Program-made: the position numbers and the translations under genes
Shown: one piece after another, positions 53,205 to 64,000 of the stretch
Layout of the letters: every line of letters begins with the position of its first letter
Position numbering within the stretch: the first letter of the stretch is position 1
The notes under the pieces: generated by a model
Seen by the model: only the letters and a program-made list of their open reading frames with translations
Databases searched by the model: none
What the model was told of the DNA's origin: nothing
Assembly: GCA_964016885.1 (NCBI GenBank)
Contig: OZ024742.1
Coordinates: 294,066,001-294,130,000 of the forward strand
From: Eledone cirrhosa
Taxonomy: Eukaryota
Length of the DNA stretch: 64,000 bases
Direction: 5' to 3'

Positions 53205-53478
53205 TCGAAGTTTGAAAGCCACAACAATCAGATTGGACTGAAAATAATTAAGTCGTAAGAAATAAGTGGTGTTTTTTTACCTTAATTTATTCATATGTCC
53301 TATGGTATAGCAAGCCGCATCGGACACTGGAATAGTTATTTTATCTTCCTTGGAAGAAGAGATAATAATCTCGAAATATCAGGACACATGAATAAATTAA
53401 AGTAAAAAGACACCCCTCGTTTCTTATGAATTAATTATTTCCCATCCAATCCACATTGTCATGGTTTTCAAACTTCAC
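53205..53478 (+). mobile_element. old fold-back cassette with degenerate hammerhead
   Basis: Diverged inverted arms (about 53205-53301 and 53381-53478). TCCT-TGGAAGA-A-GAGAT/AATA/ATCTC-GAAATATC-AGGA at 53347-53384. Confidence 0.55.
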
Positions 53479-53828
53479 ATTCCTAACTGAAATATTAGAT
53501 ATATAGTAAAAGGATATACTGCTGTTTTGTTTTGCTTTTCTTACTTTACTCAAGTTTCCAATTTTATATTTCTAACTTATGACTTAAATTCCCAAAACAA
53601 TCATAACAATATATGAAATTTTCAATATATATATATATATAGGAATAATAATAATATTTATACTTATATATGGCTTATATATAATTATAAATATGGAGGG
53701 TAGTACTAAGCACTAGCCAATTACCAGTAAGAGAAAAGGCTCAATATAAATTATCAATTGTATTACAGAACCGAGATACAAAATATAAAACAATCAAATC
53801 TTAGTTTAATATATTTAATACATTTAAT

Positions 53829-53875
53829 TGCTGACAATGGTTTCTTCCAGACAAATGTCTGGAATCATCGAAGCA
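53829..53875 (-). ncRNA. hammerhead ribozyme with mutated core at the end of a PLE relic
   Basis: Reverse complement TGCT-TCGATGA-TTCCAGACA/TT/TGTCTGGAA-GAAA-C-CATT-G-TC-AGCA. Upstream (about 54540-54740, minus) is a weak GIY-YIG C-terminus-like relic. (TA)n at 53626-53641. Confidence 0.65.
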
Positions 53876-55304
53876 TAGAGAATGTTTAAACATGTAATTA
53901 AAATCCTAGTCTTCAGAACATTTATATAGATACATAACTATTGCCAGTGTCAGTGACATCATATAGAAAAGCAGGAGTTACAAAAGGATGTTATGCTACA
54001 GAAAACACAGTATAAGGAACAATGGTGAAAAGTGAAATATTGAGTATATTATATATAAAGATATTGTTTAAGGTAATACATGTGCAAAAGATACAAGCAA
54101 AAAAGATGTAAGATAAGATAGATAAAATATATCATAACATTGAAAAGCAGGTAATGTTAAGGGTATATAATGCAAAAGTTAATAAAATTAATAAAGTCAT
54201 GCATGAGGTAAGAGTTATATAATAAATGAATCAAGCATATTTCATATAGAATGTTAAAGCATGTAAAAAGTGTTAGAAATGTTTAAAATTTTTAAAATGG
54301 CATGCAATATGGTAGAGAAATATGTGGTGATAAAATGGACAGATGTTGTGTAAAGTATAATGCAAAAAACGTAATTAAATAAGATAGTTTATTGTCATTC
54401 AAGAATTTTTATATTGGAGTTTGTTTATAGATGTATATGTTGGGTATAACACAAATGTATTAACCATGGAATTTTCTTAATTTTAGATGTAATGTATTTG
54501 AGATGTGTATAGTTTAAAAATAGATGTTTGGTAAAGAAATTCCACTGTATTACTAGCCATGTTAGTATAGGAAGTATATTATACAATGCATTTCTATCTT
54601 TAAATTTTCTATTAAGAAATATTTGACTTTGCTTTATGTGCGAGTTCTATTAAGTGTTATTAGGCGAAGTCGGATGGTTTAGCTTCCATACTGCCCTCTT
54701 CCAAATTTACCCGTGTTTCTTGTTCTATCTTGTGCTTATTTAGATGTCACTAATAACTAACTTAGGGGTAAATTGGCAGAGTCGTTAGAACGTTGAATAG
54801 AATGCTTTATGGTATTCGTTCCATCTCTCTGCTCTCTGAGTTCAAATCCTGCCAAGGTCAACTTTGCCTTTCATCCTTTCGAGGTCAATATAAAAAAAGT
54901 ACCAGTGTAATACTGGGATCGATTTTTCCACTATATCTCTTTCTCATTTCGTCTCTCTCACTTTCTATCTTTCTCTGGAAGAAATCTGCTGTACTCAGGC
55001 CTTGAGAGGGATGGGCTCCATCTGGCTTAACATGCCCAAGAAACGCTGTATGTCAGGAGTTACGGGACTAAGTAGAAGGAAGTAGAAGTAGAATAACTAA
55101 CTTATGCGTGGTGTCTTCTTCTCCGGGAAAGGACTTATCATTCACAAACGTCTGTCTATTTCATTTTCTAAGAAGAAAGAAGTCAATCTGGCTTGTGTGA
55201 TCGATCACGTGATTGGTAGGTGATCAGGTGGCAGGCCCCTTTTCTGAAGTTAATATTGCAAATAGTTCATGCATCACAGAATTCTAGGAACCTTGCTCCC
55301 TCAT

Positions 55305-55785
55305 AATTTCTCAAGCCATAACCATAGCCATTCTGTACAACCTGGTGCTGCCCAACATGTCACTTGCTTGTATGATGAAGTCTCTGTCATCTGTATCAGA
55401 AGTTGTTTGTAGGAATTCTTCATAGAAGTAATCCTTTTGTTCTTTACTTAAATCTGATTGTGGAGTATAGGTAGAAATAACTATTGTATATTTATTGCTT
55501 ATGACTGTTCTGTGGTTGATACTTCTGTCACTTATTCTAACTCCTTCAGTTAACTCAGTTGGTAGAATGCCTATTCCACCTACCCCCATCATTATTTTCT
55601 ACCCTGAAAAGCTTTTTATCTAAGTTGTCTGCCTGTGAGGAGTCTTGCTGAGGCTCCTCTCTATCTCACTTCTTGGACACAGCACACATTTATTCCTATT
55701 CTCTCAAGCAACTCCACAATTGCTTCAGTAGATCTACCTTTCAGAGTGCCCACATTAAGGATGGCAGCCCTGAGATTTGTTACCT
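55305..55785 (-). mobile_element. LINE AP-endonuclease fragment (RTE-type 5' region)
   Basis: Minus strand reads ...ILNVGTLKGRS...VCCVQEVR...GVGGIGIL...RISDR...ISTYTPQ...KDYFYE. Confidence 0.75.
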
Positions 55786-55869
55786 GACAGTCACTTATTC
55801 AATATGAAAAATTCAATCCAATGTGAAAAATTTAATTAAAGTTTTCATTTTATCTTGAAATATTCCCAG

Positions 55870-55936
55870 GCAAAATATAATGGAGTAGCATGTGAAGAGT
55901 GTTCTGGTGAATTTACCTTTGGACCAAACTGCATAG
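55870..55936 (+). CDS. stabilin-like exon 3
   Basis: AKYNGVACEECSGEFTFGPNCI; CAG/GTAAG; phase 0 to 1. Confidence 0.88.
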
Positions 55937-56807
55937 GTAAGATTATATTTTAATATATACCTGTAGTAATGTATTAATGTTTCTTACAACAGTAATTAGT
56001 AGAAATAATTTTTGGAATAGGTGGCAAATTGGCAGAGTTATTAAAACATCAAATAGAATTCTCTACAGTATTTGTTCCAGGTCTCTGCTCTCAGAGTTCG
56101 GATCCCACCAAGGTCAACTTTGCTTTTCATCCTTTTGAGGTTGATAGATAAAGTACCAGTTTAATACTGGCGTTGATATAACTTTATCATGTACTTTAGC
56201 TGCTTAGTGTATGACTTAATATATATCTTAATTAACTATCAACATAAGTGCTAATATTATGCAAATTTGTACATCCATTTTAGGATACTTACACTAATTA
56301 ATAGGGTATATAAGCCCTTCAGTTATGTATTTCCTTGTGGCTATAATGATGATATAACTATCTAGATGCTATAACTATCTAGATGATATAACTATCTTCT
56401 GATGAGAACCCAACTGCTATCGGGGTGGAGTTGGCTGCCTTCAGGTGTCGGGGCCCATGAGGTGGAGTGGTTATTTCAGTATATCTCTCTCGCCATCTTC
56501 TGGGGTAATACATTCTCCATCCTGCCGGCCAGGACCCAGTGGTGGAGAGCAAGTTAGTTGTTTGGTGGAGGATACTTGTTCGAACATCACTTCAACAACT
56601 AAAGTATATTTACATATGAAGTATTTCATGAAAATCAATTAAATTTATTTAACAATTGTTTTTTCAATTTACAGAGAAATATATAAATTGGATATGTTTA
56701 CATGTTTAGATAATCAATGTGTAAATTTACATACTTGTTTACAGTCTTAGCTACCTCTGTACTGTGTCTATACATCTATACATATATAACATTTAATGCT
56801 ATTTCAG

Positions 56808-56903
56808 ATTGTACATGTTTCCATGGTATTTGTGACAGAGGAATACAAGGAACTGGTAGATGTACTTGTAATTCTGGATTTAAAGGTGTCCTTTGTAATG
56901 AAG
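56808..56903 (+). CDS. stabilin-like exon 4 (EGF-like)
   Basis: (D)CTCFHGICDRGIQGTGRCTCNSGFKGVLCNE; CAG/GTAA; phase 1 to 1. Confidence 0.9.
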
Positions 56904-58419
56904 GTAAAAATTCCCATTCCAAATAGTACTTCTTCTTCACCCACTTATTCCTGAGAGGGTCATGAGGGCAGAGTCCTCAAACATTCCTTTCAGTGGGTCC
57001 TGTCAGAAGCAGCCATATCCAACTGATCCGGCAGGATCCCCAAGCGAGACCAGTGAGGCTCATGGATGTTATCCAACTATCTTGTTTTGGGTCTCCTGCC
57101 GATTGTTTTTTCCTGTAAAATCTGTCCATCAATTCCTTCCTGAGATATTCTAACCACATGCCCATAGTATCAGAGCTGTGATCTCTCAATTCGGAGAAAT
57201 AGCGGTTTTACCTGGAGTGACTCTCTAATCTCCAACCTCTGCACTCTATCAAGTAACGTTACTCCAAAGACTCATCTGAGGCCCCCCCCCCTCCCCCCAC
57301 ACACGCATAAAAAACCCCAGAAGAATAGTACTTTGAATGATAAATTGTTGGCTGTATGGTTAAGGAATCACATTGCATGGACACACTGGAGGAGGAAGAC
57401 CGAGGTTAACATATGTTGATGTCCTAAGGACAGACACTGGTCTCTTGGAGATGCAGGACATGACAGCGATAATGAGGGACAGAGACCACTGGAGAGAACT
57501 TGTCCATAGATCTCGGGAATTTTACCCGCCCTAGATATAGATTGCAACCAAATGGTTCTGGGACTCATTCTCACAGCATTGAACCTTGGGCAAGTGTCTT
57601 CTCCTATAGCCTCAGCTTGACTCATGCCTTCTGTGCATGTGTGTATGTTTGTGTGTGAATGTATGTGTATATATATTGTACTTTCCTATACAGCCAGATC
57701 TGCCCTTCCCCTCCCCGTTTTTTCATTACTTAACTTTGTTTTTATCTTTTTTTAATATTTCATTGTATAACTTCTGTTTGTAAAACATGGTTGACATAAT
57801 AAAACCATAGCTAAACAAAATTTTAAAAAAATATTCATATAGAAAAGGGATTCAATAAAACCTAAACTCTATACAATTTATTATTTATTTAAAAAAAAAC
57901 CCAATAAATATTAATATTTTTCTTTGTGAAAAAACAAAAAAGGTAACATACTTGGTTAGCCCTTTCATAGGATATTTCTTATGAAAGATATTTCTTATGA
58001 AAGACACTGCCTATAATTATTTTCAAATCATTTTGAAAATAATGAAGAATTTGGAAAGATTTAGTAATAAAACTTTGGCTGGGTTCACATAATTAATCGT
58101 TTCACATTATTAACCCTTTCATGACTACATTTCTTATAAAATACACTCTGTTTCAATTAATTAATGAAGAATTTACTAAAATCATTAATTACTTAATTAC
58201 TAAGATAGTGACTTAATGTGAGGGTCTTATTTAAAATTAAGTTGGAAGATTTAAAATGGGTGGTTTTATTTGATAGAATCAGAGGTGGTTTTGGTCAGGT
58301 TGGTAACTAAAAGGTTAAGCTGGTGTTTAGAGCATAAATTAATGATTGGCAGTTTCTTATCAAAAAGGTTAAATTGCCTTTTCTATTTCATTTATGACAT
58401 TTATTGGTGATTTCCTCAG

Positions 58420-58542
58420 AAATTCCTGGATGCGAAAATAAAGAATGTGGCAGAAATAAATTCTGCAAAGAAGATCTTGAAGGAAATCCTGTCTGTAAAT
58501 GTATAAATGGTTTCCAGGAAAGTGAAAATGGTGAATGTCTAC
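58420..58542 (+). CDS. stabilin-like exon 5 (EGF-like)
   Basis: (E)IPGCENKECGRNKFC...CKCINGFQESENGECL; CAG/GTAAGT; phase 1 to 1. Confidence 0.9.
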
Positions 58543-59457
58543 GTAAGTATCAAGCCATATACATCAATCTATTCATCCATCCATACACACATCCATCCAT
58601 CCATACATACAAGCATACATATATGCATACATATATGCATACATACATACATGTGTAAGTATATGTATATATATGTGTATGTTTGTATGTGTGTATATAT
58701 GTGTATATATGTGTGTATATGTGTGTATATGTGTATATATGTATGCATTTATGTATGTACATACACACAAACATATGTACATATGTGTGTATGTACATAC
58801 ATAATACATACATATACACACATATACACACATAAAAGCACACATACACAAACATATATGATGCAAACATACATTCACACATGCATACACACAGACACAC
58901 ATACATACACATATACATGCATACATACATATATGTCTGCACGTAGGTGCTAACATGCTATTGTAAAGATAGCATTTTGCAGTGATATGGATAAATTTAG
59001 TGACCCAGAATTCAGTGAAGTAAGGAAGGCAGTGACCAAAATAATTGTTTCTACTTTTGGCACAAGGCCAGCAATTACCCCAATGCATTACAGGTACTTT
59101 ATTTTATCAACCCCGTAAGGACGAAAGGCAAAGTTAACCCTGGCGCGATTTGAACTCAGCACGTAAAGGGCCGAAACTCTATGCTGCAAAACATGGCGTC
59201 CGACCCTTTACCAATACTGCCACTCCACCGACCAAAATAATATTAGTGATCTCTACCTGAATCATACACAAACAACAGAAATTATTTTTTAATTGAGAAA
59301 ACCTAATGATATTTCAACTTTTATCTTTTTATTGAGAATTTTTCCTATTTCTCTATTACTCATTAACATTTTGTTTGTAACTGTAAAGTTCCTGGTTCCA
59401 CTGAAATTTGAAGATTTTTCTGTTGTTTCTCATTTCCACATATATATATATATTATT

Positions 59458-60090
59458 GGTGGATTGGCAGTATCGGTAGAGGGTCGGATGCCATGCTTTG
59501 ACGCATTGAGTTATGGTCCTTGCCATTCTGAGTTCAAATCCCGCCGACGTTAACTTTGCCTTTCATCCTTACGGGGTCGATAAAATAAAGTACCAGTAAT
59601 GTACTGGGTAATTGCTGGCCTTGTGCCTAAAACTAGAAACAATTATTATAGAAATGATTAGGGTGGTGGATTGGTAGTATCGGTAGAGGGTCGGACACCA
59701 TGCTTTGCAGCATAGAGTTACGGCCCTTGCCATTCTGAGTTCAAATCCTGCTGAGGTTAACTTTGCCTTTCATCCTTACGGGGTCGATAAAATAAAGTAC
59801 CAGTAATACACTGGGTAATTGCTGGCCTTGTGCCAAAAGTAGAAACAATTATTATAGAAATGATTAGGGTGGTGGATTGGAAGTATCAGTAAAGGGTCGG
59901 ACACCATACTTTGCAGCATAGAGTTACGGTCCTTTACAGTCTGAGTTCAAATCCCGCCGAGGTTAACTTTGCCTTTCATCCTTACGGGTTCGATAAAATA
60001 AAGCACCAGTAATGTACTGGGGTCAATTTAATCGACTTTCCCCTCCCCCAAAATTACTGGCCTTGTGCCTATACTAGAAAAAATTATTAT
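59458..60090 (+). mobile_element. head-to-tail trimer of the Meta-like SINE
   Basis: Three ~205-bp near-identical units joined by ATTATAGAAATGATTAGG. Confidence 0.85.
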
Positions 60091-60401
60091 AGAAATGACT
60101 TCTACAGGATTTACGGTTTTACGAATGAAACAGTTCTAGTCCTGTAAAAGTGAAGAGTGAAGATATACAAATAAAGACACCTAGTAATGTATATCTGACT
60201 TATCAACTGTATGTGTGTGTGTATTGATATTCTCTCTCTTTCACTCACTGCCTCCATCTCTCTCACACTCCCCATCTCTCACTATTATATGCAAATGGGA
60301 GCCCATGAACTGGTTACCCTGCAGTCCTAGTGGACAGAATAAAGAAAGTTACTCATTTGTTTTCATTGATGATAGACACAAATATAAATGTTTATTTTCA
60401 G

Positions 60402-60598
60402 TTAAAAGCATCTGTGCCAGTTCACCTTGCCCAGAAAATAGTGACTGTATAGATATAGTACCAGGAAAATATAATTGTGTTTGCCATAAAAACTATAGAA
60501 AGATCAGTCAATATTGTGTACCAATTAATCCTTGTGATACCAACAATGGTGGATGTGAAGCAGAGAAGTCATATTGTGTAAATCTTGGCTCAGCACAA
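60402..60598 (+). CDS. stabilin-like exon 6 (EGF repeats)
   Basis: (L)KSICASSPCPENSDC...PGKYNCVC...CVPINPCDTNNGGC...CVNLGSAQ; CAG/GTAAG; phase 1 to 0. Gene continues beyond the window. Confidence 0.9.
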
Positions 60599-62419
60599 GT
60601 AAGACAATGATTAAATACAGTTTATCTCCACTTCTGCATGTAAAACAAAGATCTTTGAATCTATGTAAGAAACAACCAACTTTCTACATGACTGTATTTA
60701 TCATATCTGCATGAACCCTTTTGTCATTAAATTGCCTGAAACTGTCCTACAAAATTGGTTATTTTAAGCTTTTTATATTTCAGATAATTCATCATATAAA
60801 CAATATAATTCCTCTAAATCTTAGAGGGAAACATGCAGAAAACTTTCTTAGTTTTTAACACTTTCGATACCAAACTGCTTGAAACTGCTCTTGAAAAACT
60901 GTTTTAAAATCTTTGTATTTATCTAAAAACTCTTCACCTTAATTTTATCTAAGAAGCAGTTTCATTGAGTTATGTTCCAAATACTAGCTTGATAATAAGA
61001 AAATTAGCCATGTTACTAAATCCCTCCTAATTCTTGACTATTTTCAAGTTGATTTGATAATCACAGATAGTATCTTTCATTAAAATATGGTAAGGAAAGG
61101 GTGAAACCTTTTGATATCAAACTGTCAGAAACCATCCCTGGCACTATAAGAAACAAAATCTTGTTTTAAAATCTTTATATCTATCTAAAAACTTTTAATT
61201 ATAATTTTATGTAAGAACGTTTATTAAGTTAAATATAACCTATTTATTTTGTCAACATAACCATCATCATAATGTACAAATAAAAATAAAAAGAAGAAAA
61301 GGAAAATGGAAAAAGAAAAAAACACACAAGCAGGTAAAACATACATCTAAGACCACTTACAACAAAAGGCAAGCGAAAGGGGTGGACAAACGAACTGCTA
61401 CCAGCGGGAGCACTGGAAAACCTCTCTAATAATATTTAAGGCAAGCTAGCATGCTCGCAGCTTTACCTTGAGTACTGGAACAACCATGCGCCCTCACGAG
61501 CATCACCAGCTATCTCGGTTAGACGAACCGCCAGTGATGAAACGGCAGCTTCATTCATGAAAAAGTTAATGAAGTTACCAAATCCTCCAGATTTCCTGAT
61601 TATTTTCAAAATTATTTGAAAATTCTAAGCAGTATCTTTTATTAGAAATATGGTAATGAAAGAGTTAATTGAGAACAGAATTATCTCCAGTAAATGATTG
61701 GTACATTATTTAACCACAGAAGGGTAAAAATCAACAAATTGACATTAGCGGGATTTTAACTCAGAACATTAAATGCTAGAACAATTATTGCAATGCACCA
61801 ATCAGCCATCTGGACATTATTTATACATAAATAGGGCGGTGGATTGGCAGTATCGGTAGAGGGTCGGACGCCATGCTTTCCAGCATAGTTACGTCCCTTT
61901 ACCATCTGAGTTCAAATCCCGCCGAGGTTGACTTTGCCTTTCATCCTTACGGGGTCGATAAAATAATCCTTACGGGGTCGATAAAATAAAGTACCAGTAA
62001 TGCACTGGTAATTGCTGGCCTTGTGCCTAAAGTAGAAACAATTATTTATACATAAATTAGATAAAGAAAACAACAACAATAAAAAGGATGTATGGTATCC
62101 CTATCATCATTTTATATCTTTTGGCATGTGTTGGACAGGTCAGAAAAGACCATATATTGGTCATATATTCCATATCTTAGCATTGTTTCTATGTCTGGAT
62201 GTCTTTCTTAATGCCAGTCACTTTACAGAATATATTGGGTACATTTTATTGTGACACCATCACTACGACTTTGCAGAGTGTATTGGGTACATTTTATAAT
62301 GATATGACTGAAGAGACCTCTCTAATCTATATTGTCCTAATAATATTTTTATTGAACAATTTGTCAATTTTAGTTGCTAATTTCCTTGTCCAGTAAAGTT
62401 TGGAAAGAATGGAAATAAG

Positions 62420-62790
62420 AATAGCTTTGTGAATGAGTAGAGTATGCTCAGTAATAGGAAGACAAACACTGAAATGCAAACGATGATGAGAATAGAGCTA
62501 GTGATGAATGTTATGAAGGGAAATGGATTGAAATGTTTGGATAACATGTACAGGAAGGATGAAAGTGATTGGGTGAGAAGAGTGATAGAAATAAATATGG
62601 AAGGAAGTAGAGGAAAAGAATGACCAAAGAATATAGTTAAAGATGATGGAGAAGGAAATGAAAGCTAGTGGGGTTGATGGGGAGTATGCAGACGATAGGG
62701 GGAAAATGGAGAAGCTTGTCATGGGGCTCACAATGCTAACCACAGCTTTAGCCAGGAAAATGACCTTAAAATGTTTGCTGTTGTTGCTAA
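62420..62790 (+). mobile_element. old RTE-like LINE 3' relic
   Basis: Degenerate L.WFGH..R...D.V..V.E...G.RG motif, then ACCTTAAAATG and a (TTG)n-like tail. Confidence 0.5.
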
Positions 62791-64000
62791 GTTATATGTG
62801 ACTCACTACACTCAGTTGAATGTGCACCACACACATAATGCCCCACACCCCATGTTCTCCACCCAATTTGCAGCCCTAAATAACCCAATTTAATTTTGAG
62901 GTTTAAGTTGTATTTTCTTGGTTTATTCTGCTTTTCCCAGAGAGAATGTTCAAATTTACTGAGTGTGTTGTTATTTTTATTTATTTTCTAGTAGAAATAT
63001 CAAATGGGTTTATTTTCTAGAGAGAATATTTTGGAATTATCAAATGGGTTTACTCTCTAGAGAGAGTATTTTAGAATTATAAACTATGATTACTTTTCAG
63101 AGAGATTGATTAAACATTTCCAAATGGGTTTACATTCAAGAGAGAGTTATGTTTGTTGTACTGTTCATGTCTTTGCCAGGGTTTTTCTGGCTGGAAGCCC
63201 TTTCTATTACCAACCCCTTTACAGTATGAACTGGGTGCATTATTTGTGCCACCAGCACTAGAGAGGTTGTCTTACTGAACTCAAGAGTCCTCTCCACCCT
63301 GTGTTTGTTTTTATTTGGAGTATTTACTCTACTAGATGGGTTGTCTTCACTACAGTTTACAAGAGCCCACATCTACCCTGTGCAATACTTTTGTAATCGG
63401 AGTTACTGCCCTCCTAGATGGGTTACTGGCATCATGGCTTGCAGAGGCCATGTCTGTCCTATGCAGTCATTTTTAATCATAATCCCTACTCTCCTAGGAG
63501 GGCTACCAACATTTCAGGTGTGGGGTCGGCGTCTAAGGTTTTAAAATTATTAAATGGGATTACTTTTCAAAGAGAATGTTTACCTTTGTGTTTATTTTCC
63601 AGAGAGAATGTAGATGTCACAGTGGATATGAATGGATTGACGGATCTGGGTGCCATCTTAAGGATCTTTGTCTCACCAAGCCATATATGTGCCATAAATA
63701 TGCCATATGTAAGACAATTCCACCAGGTGAAATATTGTAAGTTGAATCCTCAGACATGCATTCACAGATAGACACCCCCACACACCTACACATACACACA
63801 TACAGTGACACATACACACACACACACAATGACACATACACACACATAGAGGTACACACATATACACATACATTCACACACAATGACATATACATTCACA
63901 TAGATGTATATACTCACATAGACACATGCACAAACATATGCACACACATAGACCCATAGACATAGACATAGACATACATATGCGCATGCACACACACACA

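Noticed and set aside
56398-56440. CTGATGA followed by a weak stem
   Set aside because: No GAAA/UH or stem I partner at the right spacing; the same applies to CTGAGGA at 11702.
59458-60090. CRISPR-like array
   Set aside because: Eukaryotic SINE trimer with no unique spacers or cas genes.

Overview
AT-rich, repeat-dense animal genomic DNA. The SINE/LINE repertoire and microsatellite load suggest an octopod cephalopod, which is an inference. Two host genes are visible: the first coding exon of SYS1 (minus strand, 3245-3406) and six phase-consistent exons of a stabilin-like EGF/fasciclin receptor gene (plus strand, 35681-60598, continuing past the window). The rest is mobile DNA: a decayed hAT transposon with an 8-bp TSD, RTE LINEs (one with an uninterrupted RT ORF carrying a PHD-like insert), Helitron-like elements, piggyBac- and hAT-type MITEs, tRNA-derived SINEs and a near-intact Penelope-like retroelement (RT + GIY-YIG). 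The main signal is about a dozen minimal type I hammerhead ribozyme motifs from roughly 9-10 sequence-unrelated families. Most sit in short fold-back or inverted-repeat cassettes at (TA)n tracts, and one family shares its termini with the Penelope-like element. Several families also share a TACTC...GAGTR stem-loop downstream of the ribozyme. All structures were folded by eye, and repeat boundaries are approximate unless a TSD or splice site is given.
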